Part shown: positions 38,777 through 46,648 of the stretch, one piece after another
Layout: every line of letters starts with the position of its first letter
How positions within the stretch are numbered: the first letter of the stretch is position 1
IMG/VR virus record: IMGVR_UViG_3300045988_180190
Reading direction: 5' to 3' (one strand)
Length of the DNA stretch: 64,000 nucleotides
Source of the DNA: a virus
Program-made: the position numbers and the translations under genes
Notes under the pieces: model-generated
Database searches by the model: none
Told to the model about the DNA's origin: nothing
Seen by the model: the letters and a program-made list of their open reading frames with translations, nothing else

Positions 38777-38864
38777 CAACCTTTTTATCAAGGTTAATGG
38801 GGGAAAAGTGCGGTAAACAACCGGGAGAAATGGAGAAACACCCTCAAAACCCGCACTAATCCCT

Positions 38865-39329
38865 TTAAATAACGTCTAAACTACCTGCCACAAACTCTGC
38901 ACTCTGTGTAATATACAGCTGACCCGCTTGCATACTGAAGGAGAGAGATTGTAATATTGCACCAGTGAACTTGGCCGTTGCACGACTAATTATTTTTGGG
39001 TCGCACTCAAGTTCAGAACCTAAATTTACATTAATAGAACGTAATTCACCGCAGGCGGCTCCGGCTGCTATGTTAGCAAACGGTGCAAAGAATCCCTCCT
39101 TGCTAACTAAAGCTGTACAATTAAAGCCAGCTTGAGGATTACCCATTACCAAATAAACCGCCGATGAACCTATTTCATACATAGGTGTAACTTGGTGAGC
39201 AGTATTCCCTTGAAAACTTTGCACCATTGCAATATGTCCCTGACCAAGGTCTACAGCAGCATTTCTAGCTGCAATTACCTCACCAGTTTTAACGTTCGTG
39301 TTATATCCTAAAACATTTGTTACTGCCAT
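38865..39329 (-). CDS. tail tube-like protein (154 aa)
   Basis: Strong AAGGAG RBS. Size and position immediately after the sheath-like gene. IAMVQSFQGNTAHQVTPMYEIGSSAVYLVMGNPQAGF resembles the tube-protein beta-sandwich pattern. Followed by terminators, as expected for a highly expressed gene. Confidence 0.75.
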   Translation of the reverse strand: MAVTNVLGYNTNVKTGEVIAARNAAVDLGQGHIAMVQSFQGNTAHQVTPMYEIGSSAVYLVMGNPQAGFNCTALVSKEGFFAPFANIAAGAACGELRSINVNLGSELECDPKIISRATAKFTGAILQSLSFSMQAGQLYITQSAEFVAGSLDVI

Positions 39330-39345
39330 TATAAAATCTCCTTAA

Positions 39346-40872
39346 TTAAAGTCCGAGATATGTGTTAAGAGATATCTTTAGCACATTCAATGAAATTGCA
39401 ACATAGTAATCTCCAGATAGGTTAATTCTATCCGCAAATTGAGTATCCCTCACAGCTTTAATAGATTCTAAATCTACATCTACTAACATTGGACCTATTT
39501 TGCGTTCTTCTATTGATGATCCCTCCTGGGTTTGCTCCAATAAGTAATCACCTAACCTATTTTCTAACTCTTGTAGCAGACTTCTAGTAACATTGCGTCT
39601 CCCGGGATACTCTTTAAATAAATCTTTAACGCCGTAGTTAATATTGTATACAATGTCACGTATATTGTCTTCGTAATAAAGCACTCCATGAGAAGAGTCT
39701 GTAGTTAGCTGATGTCTTACGTAAGGAACTGTGTGATCATCATCTTGAGCAATTATCCATACGCCATTTGCAGCCACGTCATTAAGCTGATTGTCTGTCC
39801 AAGAGGCGTATGCAGCAGGTACTGAGGATATCCAGGAAAGTTCCATTCTTGACATTCCTTGTTGAGGTAGAAGATTAGAGCGCATACAAGCTATACCTGC
39901 AGCTATATACTTATTTGCAAGTTCTACTTCTTTTGTGCTTCCATCTTCTGCGCTCATTAGGTAATATGCTCCTGGGGACCAAACATTTACCACGCCATTA
40001 TATGCCCAAGTATTACTACGCTTTTTTGCATCTTCTCCAGAGTCATCTGTTTTAGCCGTAGAAGCATAGAGCCCTCTCCATCTTTGGATATCCGGCTGTG
40101 AAGCTTCCAGTACATATGACTTCGCGGTATTTAACACGGAAAGCGTATCGGTATCACACCACAAATTCATAAATAAATCCGTTCGTGATAATTTCTTAAA
40201 GGAAGCTGTATAAGCTGCAAGTTCTAACTGTGCTTGTTCATCACTTTGGCTTGTAAAAGAACTGTCAATAGCATCTACGTAGAAACCTTTCCCTTCTCCT
40301 GCCACATATCCTATAGAAGCTGCAAACGCTAAACTATTAAAATTACTATCGGATGGATCTGTGTCAACAAGTCCTAGATATGTTGTGATATCAGAAGTCG
40401 AAGTAATTGGCTGTATAGAAATTGGATTACTTGGATCATTAAAGTTTACATTAAAAGCTTCTTTTGGAACATTAATATAAACGTCTTGGCGAGTTTCCTC
40501 TTCTCCAAGTTTATTTATAGTTAGTCTTATAATTTTATCTGCTCCTTTAGACGCTGTAATCCAATTCTGCACAACTGGCGTACCAGTTGCATCAACGAAT
40601 GCTAATTTACTTTCAGTAACAAACTGTTGTAGGAAATCTGATACTGGTGTGAAATTTGACAACGGTAATATAATAGATTCCTCTTCCCCGATGTCTGCTA
40701 CCGTCAGCATTGTCACGGGAGACATCTGTGAAAAGAAATTCTTTGTAGTAAACGAAGGCTTACACACTCCCACAAGACAGGCTGCATTGCGGTCTGTAGT
40801 ACCATCTGATACGACCTCTCTGTTGTTATAAATCAACATTTGAGGTTTATGTTCTGAATAATTGCTAATCAT
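39346..40872 (-). CDS. tail sheath-like protein (508 aa)
   Basis: A 500-aa ORF immediately upstream of the tube-like gene. The call rests on size and synteny; no motif was verified. Confidence 0.75.
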   Translation of the reverse strand: MISNYSEHKPQMLIYNNREVVSDGTTDRNAACLVGVCKPSFTTKNFFSQMSPVTMLTVADIGEEESIILPLSNFTPVSDFLQQFVTESKLAFVDATGTPVVQNWITASKGADKIIRLTINKLGEEETRQDVYINVPKEAFNVNFNDPSNPISIQPITSTSDITTYLGLVDTDPSDSNFNSLAFAASIGYVAGEGKGFYVDAIDSSFTSQSDEQAQLELAAYTASFKKLSRTDLFMNLWCDTDTLSVLNTAKSYVLEASQPDIQRWRGLYASTAKTDDSGEDAKKRSNTWAYNGVVNVWSPGAYYLMSAEDGSTKEVELANKYIAAGIACMRSNLLPQQGMSRMELSWISSVPAAYASWTDNQLNDVAANGVWIIAQDDDHTVPYVRHQLTTDSSHGVLYYEDNIRDIVYNINYGVKDLFKEYPGRRNVTRSLLQELENRLGDYLLEQTQEGSSIEERKIGPMLVDVDLESIKAVRDTQFADRINLSGDYYVAISLNVLKISLNTYLGL

Positions 40873-40946
40873 AAATCAAAATAAACGTTTATTTTAAAGA
40901 ATATAATTATATTCAAACTTTTTTTACAAAAAATGCAATACATAAA

Positions 40947-41657
40947 TCAATGAGGCATAAGCTCAATAGCAAGTTTCCTAAGCCTTGCAGATTCAATTCT
41001 TGTTCTCCAAGCTGCCTCCCAATTTATTTGAATAATAAAATCTGATCTAAATAGCTTTTTATTTTCAGTTGGATTAATTGCTCTAGGAGTGGATATCTTC
41101 AATGGAGAATATTTTTTTAATCTTAGCAGGTAGCACAACTGTTCCGTTAAACCTGTAAAATGTGCGGCACATAACTGTGACATCATGGCACAATCTCCTA
41201 GGGTTTGCGCATAAGAAGAAAATGTGATTGTAGTGGATGCATTTAACCCCATCATAAACCCAGAATTATCTTCCAGCATTCTAGTCTTATTAGCTATAGT
41301 ACCTATATCAGACAAGCTAATATCTCCAACAGAAATAATAATCTTTGGATTTTGTGTACTTCCCAAATATTCTAATTTAGCTGCGTCATCTAAATAATTA
41401 TAATCAGCTGTTATGTCGATAATTGATTTATTTTTACCCTCTGGGTCTAAAATATAATCACTATAGGTATAATCAAATTTGTGAGCAGTATCTTCTAAGT
41501 ATGTTTTAAAATTTTCTTTGTCCGAAAAAAATATTTTAGTAATCATTAAGAAGATACGTCTTAAATTTAAAATATCCAAATTAGGAAAACAACCTAATTC
41601 ATTATTTAATAATTCAAGCTCAAATGCTGATGTTGTTTTATCTTTTGGAGTTCCCAT
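40947..41657 (-). CDS. hypothetical neck/tail-terminator-position protein (236 aa)
   Basis: Start moved from the GTG at 41681 (which lies inside the IS left end) to the ATG at 41657-41655 (MGTPKDK). It is preceded by GGAGAAAGG (41671-41663). Confidence 0.7.
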   Translation of the reverse strand: MGTPKDKTTSAFELELLNNELGCFPNLDILNLRRIFLMITKIFFSDKENFKTYLEDTAHKFDYTYSDYILDPEGKNKSIIDITADYNYLDDAAKLEYLGSTQNPKIIISVGDISLSDIGTIANKTRMLEDNSGFMMGLNASTTITFSSYAQTLGDCAMMSQLCAAHFTGLTEQLCYLLRLKKYSPLKISTPRAINPTENKKLFRSDFIIQINWEAAWRTRIESARLRKLAIELMPH

Positions 41658-41676
41658 AATTACCTTTCTCCGAAAG

Positions 41677-41697
41677 CCCACAAGCTTTAGCTGTGGG
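41677..41697 (+). repeat. IS left-end subterminal hairpin (IP-L)
   Basis: CCCACA-a-GC-TTTA-GC-TGTGGG: 6-bp stem, 1-nt bulge, 2 bp, TTTA loop. Overlaps the tnpA stop codon at 41687-41689. Confidence 0.8.
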
Positions 41698-42139
41698 ATG
41701 ATTTTTGATTAAAATATTTTGATTCATTTTTTTGCTGCTCAATATAAGTTTTTATTGTAGCTTCTCTTAAACACCCGACTGTATCTACATAATATGATCT
41801 AGACCAAAGTGTTGGAAGCTTACGTTTTAATTCTGGAAATTCTGATCTTAAAAATCTTGAGGTGTATCCTTTTATTTGACCGATTATAAATTGTGGTGCA
41901 GACGATGGCTCAGCAGATATAAAGAGATGTACATGATCTGGCATTATTTCTAATGCTTTAATTGTCCAATTCATGGCTTCACATTTTTCTTCAATTAATA
42001 TTTGCAATCTCGTAGAGATTTTATCCGTCAACACAGGTCTTCTAAATTTGGGAGACCATATGAAGTGATAGCTACAATTGAAAACAGCTGTGTTTGAAGT
42101 TTTCCATCTAATTTTTGAAATTTTATTATTGACACTCAT
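41687..42139 (-). CDS. tnpA: IS200/IS605 family Y1 (HUH) transposase TnpA (150 aa)
   Basis: YHFIWSPKFRRPVL, the HUH motif MPDHVHLFIS, and the catalytic-Tyr region LWSRSYYVDTVG. Confidence 0.95.
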   Translation of the reverse strand: MSVNNKISKIRWKTSNTAVFNCSYHFIWSPKFRRPVLTDKISTRLQILIEEKCEAMNWTIKALEIMPDHVHLFISAEPSSAPQFIIGQIKGYTSRFLRSEFPELKRKLPTLWSRSYYVDTVGCLREATIKTYIEQQKNESKYFNQKSSHS

Positions 42140-42174
42140 AGTATTATTTTAATAACTTAATATATAAAATATAA

Positions 42175-43233
42175 ATGATAAAAACTTTTAAAGTCAAACA
42201 TAATCGTGACTTGTCTGTAGAGCTCCGAAAAGCACTGCAAGTCTCAATATTTGCTTTAAAACACAAGTGTACATCTTCAGCCCAAGTTAAACAATTTGGA
42301 TTAAAATCGATAATTTCTAACCAGATAATCAGAAAGATTATTCGTAATAAACGAATAAAGTCTATACATAATGCGAATCTTATCATACCTCAGCAAGGCA
42401 TTACATACAAAAACAACATTGTTAGAATTCCCTGTTTGGACCTAAGTATAGACTTTTTTATTTCTGGCTTTTTAAAAATAAACCAAATCGAACTTAACTC
42501 TGAATATGCTTTTATTAGCTGTGATTTTCCGAGCGAACCTACGAGAGATAGCACTAATTATATAGGTGTGGATTTGAATACAACTGGACATATGGCTGTT
42601 GCTGCAAACCCTCTAACAGGCAAAGTTTGGAAGTTAAATAAGAAATCTAGTTTCACTCGGTCTAAATATAGACAAATAAGAAAAAAATTGTCCAGACAAA
42701 AGAAATTTAAAGTTATTAAAAGATTAAAAAATCGTGAACAACGTATTTGCAAAGACTTAGACCATAAAGTATCCACTTTTTTAGTCACGCTCGCTAAAAC
42801 ACAAAATTGTGGTTTGCGTTTAGAAAATTTAACTAATATTCGTAAAACATCAAAAAATAAATCTAAAGCATTTAAAGCTTCTTTGAACAATTGGTCATTC
42901 TATCAATTTAGAACGATGATAGATTATAAAGCCAAGTTGCTTGGAGTTAAAGTAGAATATATTGATCCGCGTTATACATCTCAAGCTGATAGTAGGACCG
43001 GACATATAGGAATACGCAATGCAAAGACATTCAAATCTGTTGATACCTCAACAGTTGAGCATGCTGATGTTAATGCTGCTTTTAATATTGCATTAAATCA
43101 ATTAAACATAGCTCAATTGCGTGCAGAAAGAGATGCACGCAAAAGCCATAAGGAAAATACTCCTTTAACTGACTTGGCTTTAAAGGCTCCTTCTAATAAA
43201 AGCAAGAAGACCTTAGAACCCAACGCGCTTTAG
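42175..43233 (+). CDS. tnpB: TnpB (IS605 OrfB-type RNA-guided nuclease), compact 352 aa, zinc-ribbon cysteines absent
   Basis: RuvC-I IGVDLN (D133), RuvC-II GLRLENL (E217) and RuvC-III HADVNAAFNI (D298). The PRYTSQ motif is followed by ADSRTGH...FKSVDTSTVEH where CxxC...CxxC is normally found. Confidence 0.9.
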   Translation: MIKTFKVKHNRDLSVELRKALQVSIFALKHKCTSSAQVKQFGLKSIISNQIIRKIIRNKRIKSIHNANLIIPQQGITYKNNIVRIPCLDLSIDFFISGFLKINQIELNSEYAFISCDFPSEPTRDSTNYIGVDLNTTGHMAVAANPLTGKVWKLNKKSSFTRSKYRQIRKKLSRQKKFKVIKRLKNREQRICKDLDHKVSTFLVTLAKTQNCGLRLENLTNIRKTSKNKSKAFKASLNNWSFYQFRTMIDYKAKLLGVKVEYIDPRYTSQADSRTGHIGIRNAKTFKSVDTSTVEHADVNAAFNIALNQLNIAQLRAERDARKSHKENTPLTDLALKAPSNKSKKTLEPNAL

Positions 43234-43270
43234 CCGTTGGAGTATGTCAGTGGTCTAAGCAAGGTTTAAT
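43100..43270 (+). ncRNA. predicted omega (right-end) RNA of TnpB: scaffold over the tnpB 3' end and RE, guide from the flanking phage sequence
   Basis: By analogy with characterised TnpB systems. A perfect 9-bp stem TTGCGTGCA/TGCACGCAA (43117-43142) lies inside the coding sequence, together with the RE hairpin at 43220-43240. The guide would start at 43251 (TGGTCTAAGCAAGGTTTAAT). The 5' boundary is not determinable by eye. Confidence 0.35.
43220..43240 (+). repeat. IS right-end subterminal hairpin (IP-R)
   Basis: CCAACG-c-GC-TTTA-GC-CGTTGG: same architecture as the LE hairpin with a covarying outer stem. Overlaps the tnpB stop codon at 43231-43233. Confidence 0.8.
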
Positions 43271-44182
43271 ATTGGATATATCAAATTTATATTCGGGCTG
43301 ATTCCTAGGAACAAGTCTCATTATCCCATTAAACTTGTACGGAACCTTGCCCATAAAATAAAATTCTTCACTATATCCCTCAAACAAATAACGATCATCC
43401 GTAGTTTTGTTCACAATCAGGTCACCAACTATAAGCTTAGGATAAGAAATACCTGTGATACTTACAATTACTGGATCAGTAGTTCCCTGTCCAGACTGGT
43501 CGTCGATATGCTCATGCTTTATACTGTTTATAACGAGTTTTGTTTTAATAGGGTTACTATACCCTCCCTCATAAAGCTTGCCCAAGGCTACTTCATCTGT
43601 AACAAATCCAAGCTGGTCTCCCCCGAGAATATCAATATTTAAAGATATGTCCTCTTCATTCGGATTTACAACCATACCTCTATTCCCCTTTGGTCTACAT
43701 ATATAAAAATCATTGTAGTCTGCGGACAATAAATCCGACTTAATCATCTGCCTTAGTGTAGCGAATTGCTCGGCACTTAAGGTATTATATATACCAACAG
43801 AAGGAGAAGTATCTATCTCAGTATTTTTACGCCTATCAAATAAAGCACACTTATAATGCCATCTAAAAGTCTGGTTGCGATTTTTAAAATTTATGTCAAC
43901 AGAGGTATGCGAAGAATTGATATTAACGACAGCACTATTTGCGTCTCTATTTAGATAAACTTCTTTGCCGGTGGAAATGTCAGTTATCATTCCTGTTTCT
44001 GGATCTACAGAAACCTCTGTTAGCTTAAACCAATCTGTATATCCATCACGGGATTTGTAAACATTTATACCAAATCTAGTAAAATCATAGTATTCTGGAC
44101 ATAATGTCCATATGATACGGCAAATATTTTTACCGTAAGCTGGTAAAACTTGAATGGACTTAAATGCACATTTACAAGACAT
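43247..44182 (-). CDS. hypothetical head-completion/neck-position protein (311 aa)
   Basis: ATG at 44182-44180. Its TGA stop (43249-43247) falls within the last 4 nt of the predicted IS right end. Confidence 0.75.
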   Translation of the reverse strand: MSCKCAFKSIQVLPAYGKNICRIIWTLCPEYYDFTRFGINVYKSRDGYTDWFKLTEVSVDPETGMITDISTGKEVYLNRDANSAVVNINSSHTSVDINFKNRNQTFRWHYKCALFDRRKNTEIDTSPSVGIYNTLSAEQFATLRQMIKSDLLSADYNDFYICRPKGNRGMVVNPNEEDISLNIDILGGDQLGFVTDEVALGKLYEGGYSNPIKTKLVINSIKHEHIDDQSGQGTTDPVIVSITGISYPKLIVGDLIVNKTTDDRYLFEGYSEEFYFMGKVPYKFNGIMRLVPRNQPEYKFDISNIKPCLDH

Positions 44183-44183
44183 A

Positions 44184-44687
44184 CTAACCTATAGCTCCCC
44201 AAGCCCTAGAAACATTAGCGGCACGCTTATAGTTTTTTACCATCTCGATAAACTCTATCTTAAATTCATTAGCCGCGTTTTTTGAAAATTCTATTAACGG
44301 CTGATAAATATCAGTCTGTACGCCACCAGCACTTGACTTTACATATTTACGCTCTAAGAGTAATCTCTTGCTGAGCAATGCTTGCCAACAAGCTCCTACC
44401 TTAAACATATAAGAAGTACCCATTGTTCTATAGTCCACTCTAATAGTTTGAGGAGGATATGCATTGAATGCTTCCACTGCTCTTCGCATAGCATCCATAA
44501 GTTCAAAGTCTGAAAACCAAAAGTCATCCGTCGTTAACACGGTCTCAGCAGGTTCTGCGTCGGCTAGCATTAGGCGTATGTCCTCAAGCTGAACTTCGTT
44601 AGTGGAAGTAATTGGAGGTGTAGTTAACCCATCGGATTTACTGCAAGGTGAGGAGCAGCAATTAGAATTGTTAGAAGGTGTAGACAT
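44184..44687 (-). CDS. hypothetical head-completion/connector-position protein (167 aa)
   Basis: First gene after the capsid-gene terminator. Function assigned from position only. Confidence 0.7.
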   Translation of the reverse strand: MSTPSNNSNCCSSPCSKSDGLTTPPITSTNEVQLEDIRLMLADAEPAETVLTTDDFWFSDFELMDAMRRAVEAFNAYPPQTIRVDYRTMGTSYMFKVGACWQALLSKRLLLERKYVKSSAGGVQTDIYQPLIEFSKNAANEFKIEFIEMVKNYKRAANVSRAWGAIG

Positions 44688-44710
44688 GAAACAGATTATA
44701 TTATTATAGT

Positions 44711-44742
44711 TTTATATTGATTACATTCTAACGAATTGTCAA
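44711..44742 (-). promoter_or_regulatory. candidate sigma-70-type promoter for the neck/tail unit
   Basis: On the minus strand, TTGACA (44742-44737) lies right after the capsid terminator, with CAATAT/AATATA/TATAAA alternatives 17-20 nt downstream. The -10 assignment is ambiguous. Confidence 0.25.
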
Positions 44743-44778
44743 AAATAAAATACGCCCAAGGGTATCCCTGGGCGTATT
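44741..44778 (-). terminator. factor-independent terminator after the major capsid gene
   Basis: AATACGCCCA (44749-44758) pairs with TGGGCGTATT (44769-44778), plus inner GGG/CCC pairs. On the minus strand it is followed by TTATTTTT. Confidence 0.8.
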
Positions 44779-44797
44779 ATTAAGAGTTGGAGTCTGA

Positions 44798-45829
44798 CTA
44801 GCCCCCAGCCTTTGTGCCCTCCGCGAGAGCAATCTGAGGCTTGATTTGTGGGTAAGCATTCATCGCAGCCTCTCCACCACGGAGAACAACCTTGGCAACG
44901 CCTGCGGTGTTAGCAATGAGCATACCTATAACTTCCTCAGCGCAGCAGGATATGCGATCCTTTTCACGCTTTACGTACATTACCGGCTTATAGAGCTCGG
45001 CGCATTTTCCGAGGTAATCTTCTTCCGTAAAGGCCATTATAACATTATCTGGAACAATGTCGGTCTTGAAAGTGGATATCCACTTCATACCGTAAACATT
45101 TGTACCGTCAAATGCCTTTGCACCTTCTTGGAACACCTTGCTAGTTAGGTCAACACCAAATTGGAGGAAGTTGTTATACTTTCCGTTTGTAAGTTGGCTG
45201 AATGTGACCTTGTTGACAAGGTTTACGCCATGGTTAATGCTATGCTTTGTGAAGATATTAACAATCTCGTTCATCACCACTGGTTCCATACCACCAGAGA
45301 AGGTATAGACACCGTTGTTCTGAGCAGCCACGCTATCAGCGAGGTTGTACCATACGAGGTCTTCTGTCTTAACCATGTTCTTTAGACCGGTATCCATTAT
45401 TACCTTGCGGAGGTCGAATGGATAAGTATCAAGTGTAACACGATTCTTTTGGAATTCTGGTGTCGCGATCTTGAAGAAGGTCATTGGAGCCTTGTCTGCT
45501 CTGTAGTACTGTGTATGTGTTCCTTGGTCAAAGGGAAGAACAGCTGCAGGATAGTTTGTGGGCTCAATGTAGAACATAGCTACTGGGTAGTCTGTGTTGA
45601 ACATTGGGACAAGTCTTTTATCACCCGAACCATTAAAGGTTTCAAAATGACATATTTGGCGTGTCCATCCTTTTTCGAATACTTGTTTGCGGATAAATGA
45701 AGTACCTGCGGACGAAGCCATCTTGCAAATACCCTCTCCACAGCTACCTAATTCTTGAACAAGCCTGTCGTTAAGTGCTTCACCTGAAACACCATTTAAG
45801 CTTAAATCTATATCTTTATATTCGTCCAT
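44798..45829 (-). CDS. major capsid protein, HK97-fold / lambda-E-size class (343 aa)
   Basis: Position after the protease, scaffold and decoration-like genes. The approximately 340-aa size, elevated GC and biased codons suggest high expression. A terminator follows directly. General HK97-like pattern, with no residue-level confirmation. Confidence 0.75.
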   Translation of the reverse strand: MDEYKDIDLSLNGVSGEALNDRLVQELGSCGEGICKMASSAGTSFIRKQVFEKGWTRQICHFETFNGSGDKRLVPMFNTDYPVAMFYIEPTNYPAAVLPFDQGTHTQYYRADKAPMTFFKIATPEFQKNRVTLDTYPFDLRKVIMDTGLKNMVKTEDLVWYNLADSVAAQNNGVYTFSGGMEPVVMNEIVNIFTKHSINHGVNLVNKVTFSQLTNGKYNNFLQFGVDLTSKVFQEGAKAFDGTNVYGMKWISTFKTDIVPDNVIMAFTEEDYLGKCAELYKPVMYVKREKDRISCCAEEVIGMLIANTAGVAKVVLRGGEAAMNAYPQIKPQIALAEGTKAGG

Positions 45830-45866
45830 AAAATTTAAATCCTTATTTTAAGTTTACAGGCTAAGA

Positions 45867-46625
45867 CTATGCTACTTGATGATTCCAAGCAGTTTCAAAC
45901 TGCAGCACAGTGCGTGTATCTGACGATTCTGTCCATACGACAGGACCACCAACTACAACGTCATAAGAGCTATCGACCTTACCCATACTGACATTAGCAT
46001 CTCCTGACACATTTACAACACCTGCTGTAACGTAACCTATGATGTCGTCTCCAGCTTCAGCAGGACACACGAGTACAGCGGTAATTGTTGGAGTCTGTGG
46101 ATCTGGTGTAACAATGGTAGCATTTCTAGGACAGTTACCTATAGGCAATGTCACGCTAGGTACCGATTTGGCAGTAAGGGGCATACCTGCAGTATATACT
46201 TTGGTTGCATCGTAGAAAGGAGTCTGAAGCTCGAATTTGTCAAGCGTAGATACCGCCATATTCTTGCCAGATCCATCCCATTCGTCGGAATCCTGGAAAG
46301 CGAAATACACAGGAGTTCCTGTGACGGGAGTTGTGGTCCAACGCCATTCTGCATCTACTAATGTGCCTCCATTTGCAGGAGCAACTTTGCCTTCGTCAAT
46401 AGTGTTGAGAGCGGGAGGTGTAGCACTATATGTGACTTGTACAGGAGCACCGTCAACTGTTAATTTAGCACTCGAAGTCACCCAAAGAGGCTGCCCACTG
46501 TAATATGAAACACCCTCTGCATTAGGTAAAGCACGGGTAAGCTTGCTTACGTCTGTAAGACGGCTACCAGTGTTTACATTAAGTTTGCGTGTAGTACGCT
46601 TATAAAAGCCGATGTTACCAGCCAT
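45867..46625 (-). CDS. head decoration-like / second abundant head protein (252 aa)
   Basis: Lies immediately upstream of the capsid gene, in the position of lambda D. Beta-rich with Thr/Val/Pro/Gly composition, and GC elevated like the capsid gene. Confidence 0.7.
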   Translation of the reverse strand: MAGNIGFYKRTTRKLNVNTGSRLTDVSKLTRALPNAEGVSYYSGQPLWVTSSAKLTVDGAPVQVTYSATPPALNTIDEGKVAPANGGTLVDAEWRWTTTPVTGTPVYFAFQDSDEWDGSGKNMAVSTLDKFELQTPFYDATKVYTAGMPLTAKSVPSVTLPIGNCPRNATIVTPDPQTPTITAVLVCPAEAGDDIIGYVTAGVVNVSGDANVSMGKVDSSYDVVVGGPVVWTESSDTRTVLQFETAWNHQVA

Positions 46626-46648
46626 GTTATTTATTCCTTTTGTTAGTA

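Larger units (their letters stand above)
41664..43250 (+). mobile_element. IS200/IS605-family insertion sequence (IS605/IS608-like; divergent tnpA and tnpB), about 1587 bp
   Basis: Y1 HUH transposase plus TnpB. Matching subterminal hairpins lie on the same strand at both ends. TTAC lies immediately 5' of the predicted left end, and AAAG immediately 5' of the LE hairpin. TCAG lies at the predicted right end. The left end is better supported than the right (plus or minus a few nt). Confidence 0.85.

Noticed and set aside
42144-42890. Minus-strand ORFs 42144-42386 and 42558-42890 inside the IS
   Set aside because: They overlap the tnpB coding sequence, which has the full RuvC motif set. They are AT-rich antisense frames with no supporting signal.
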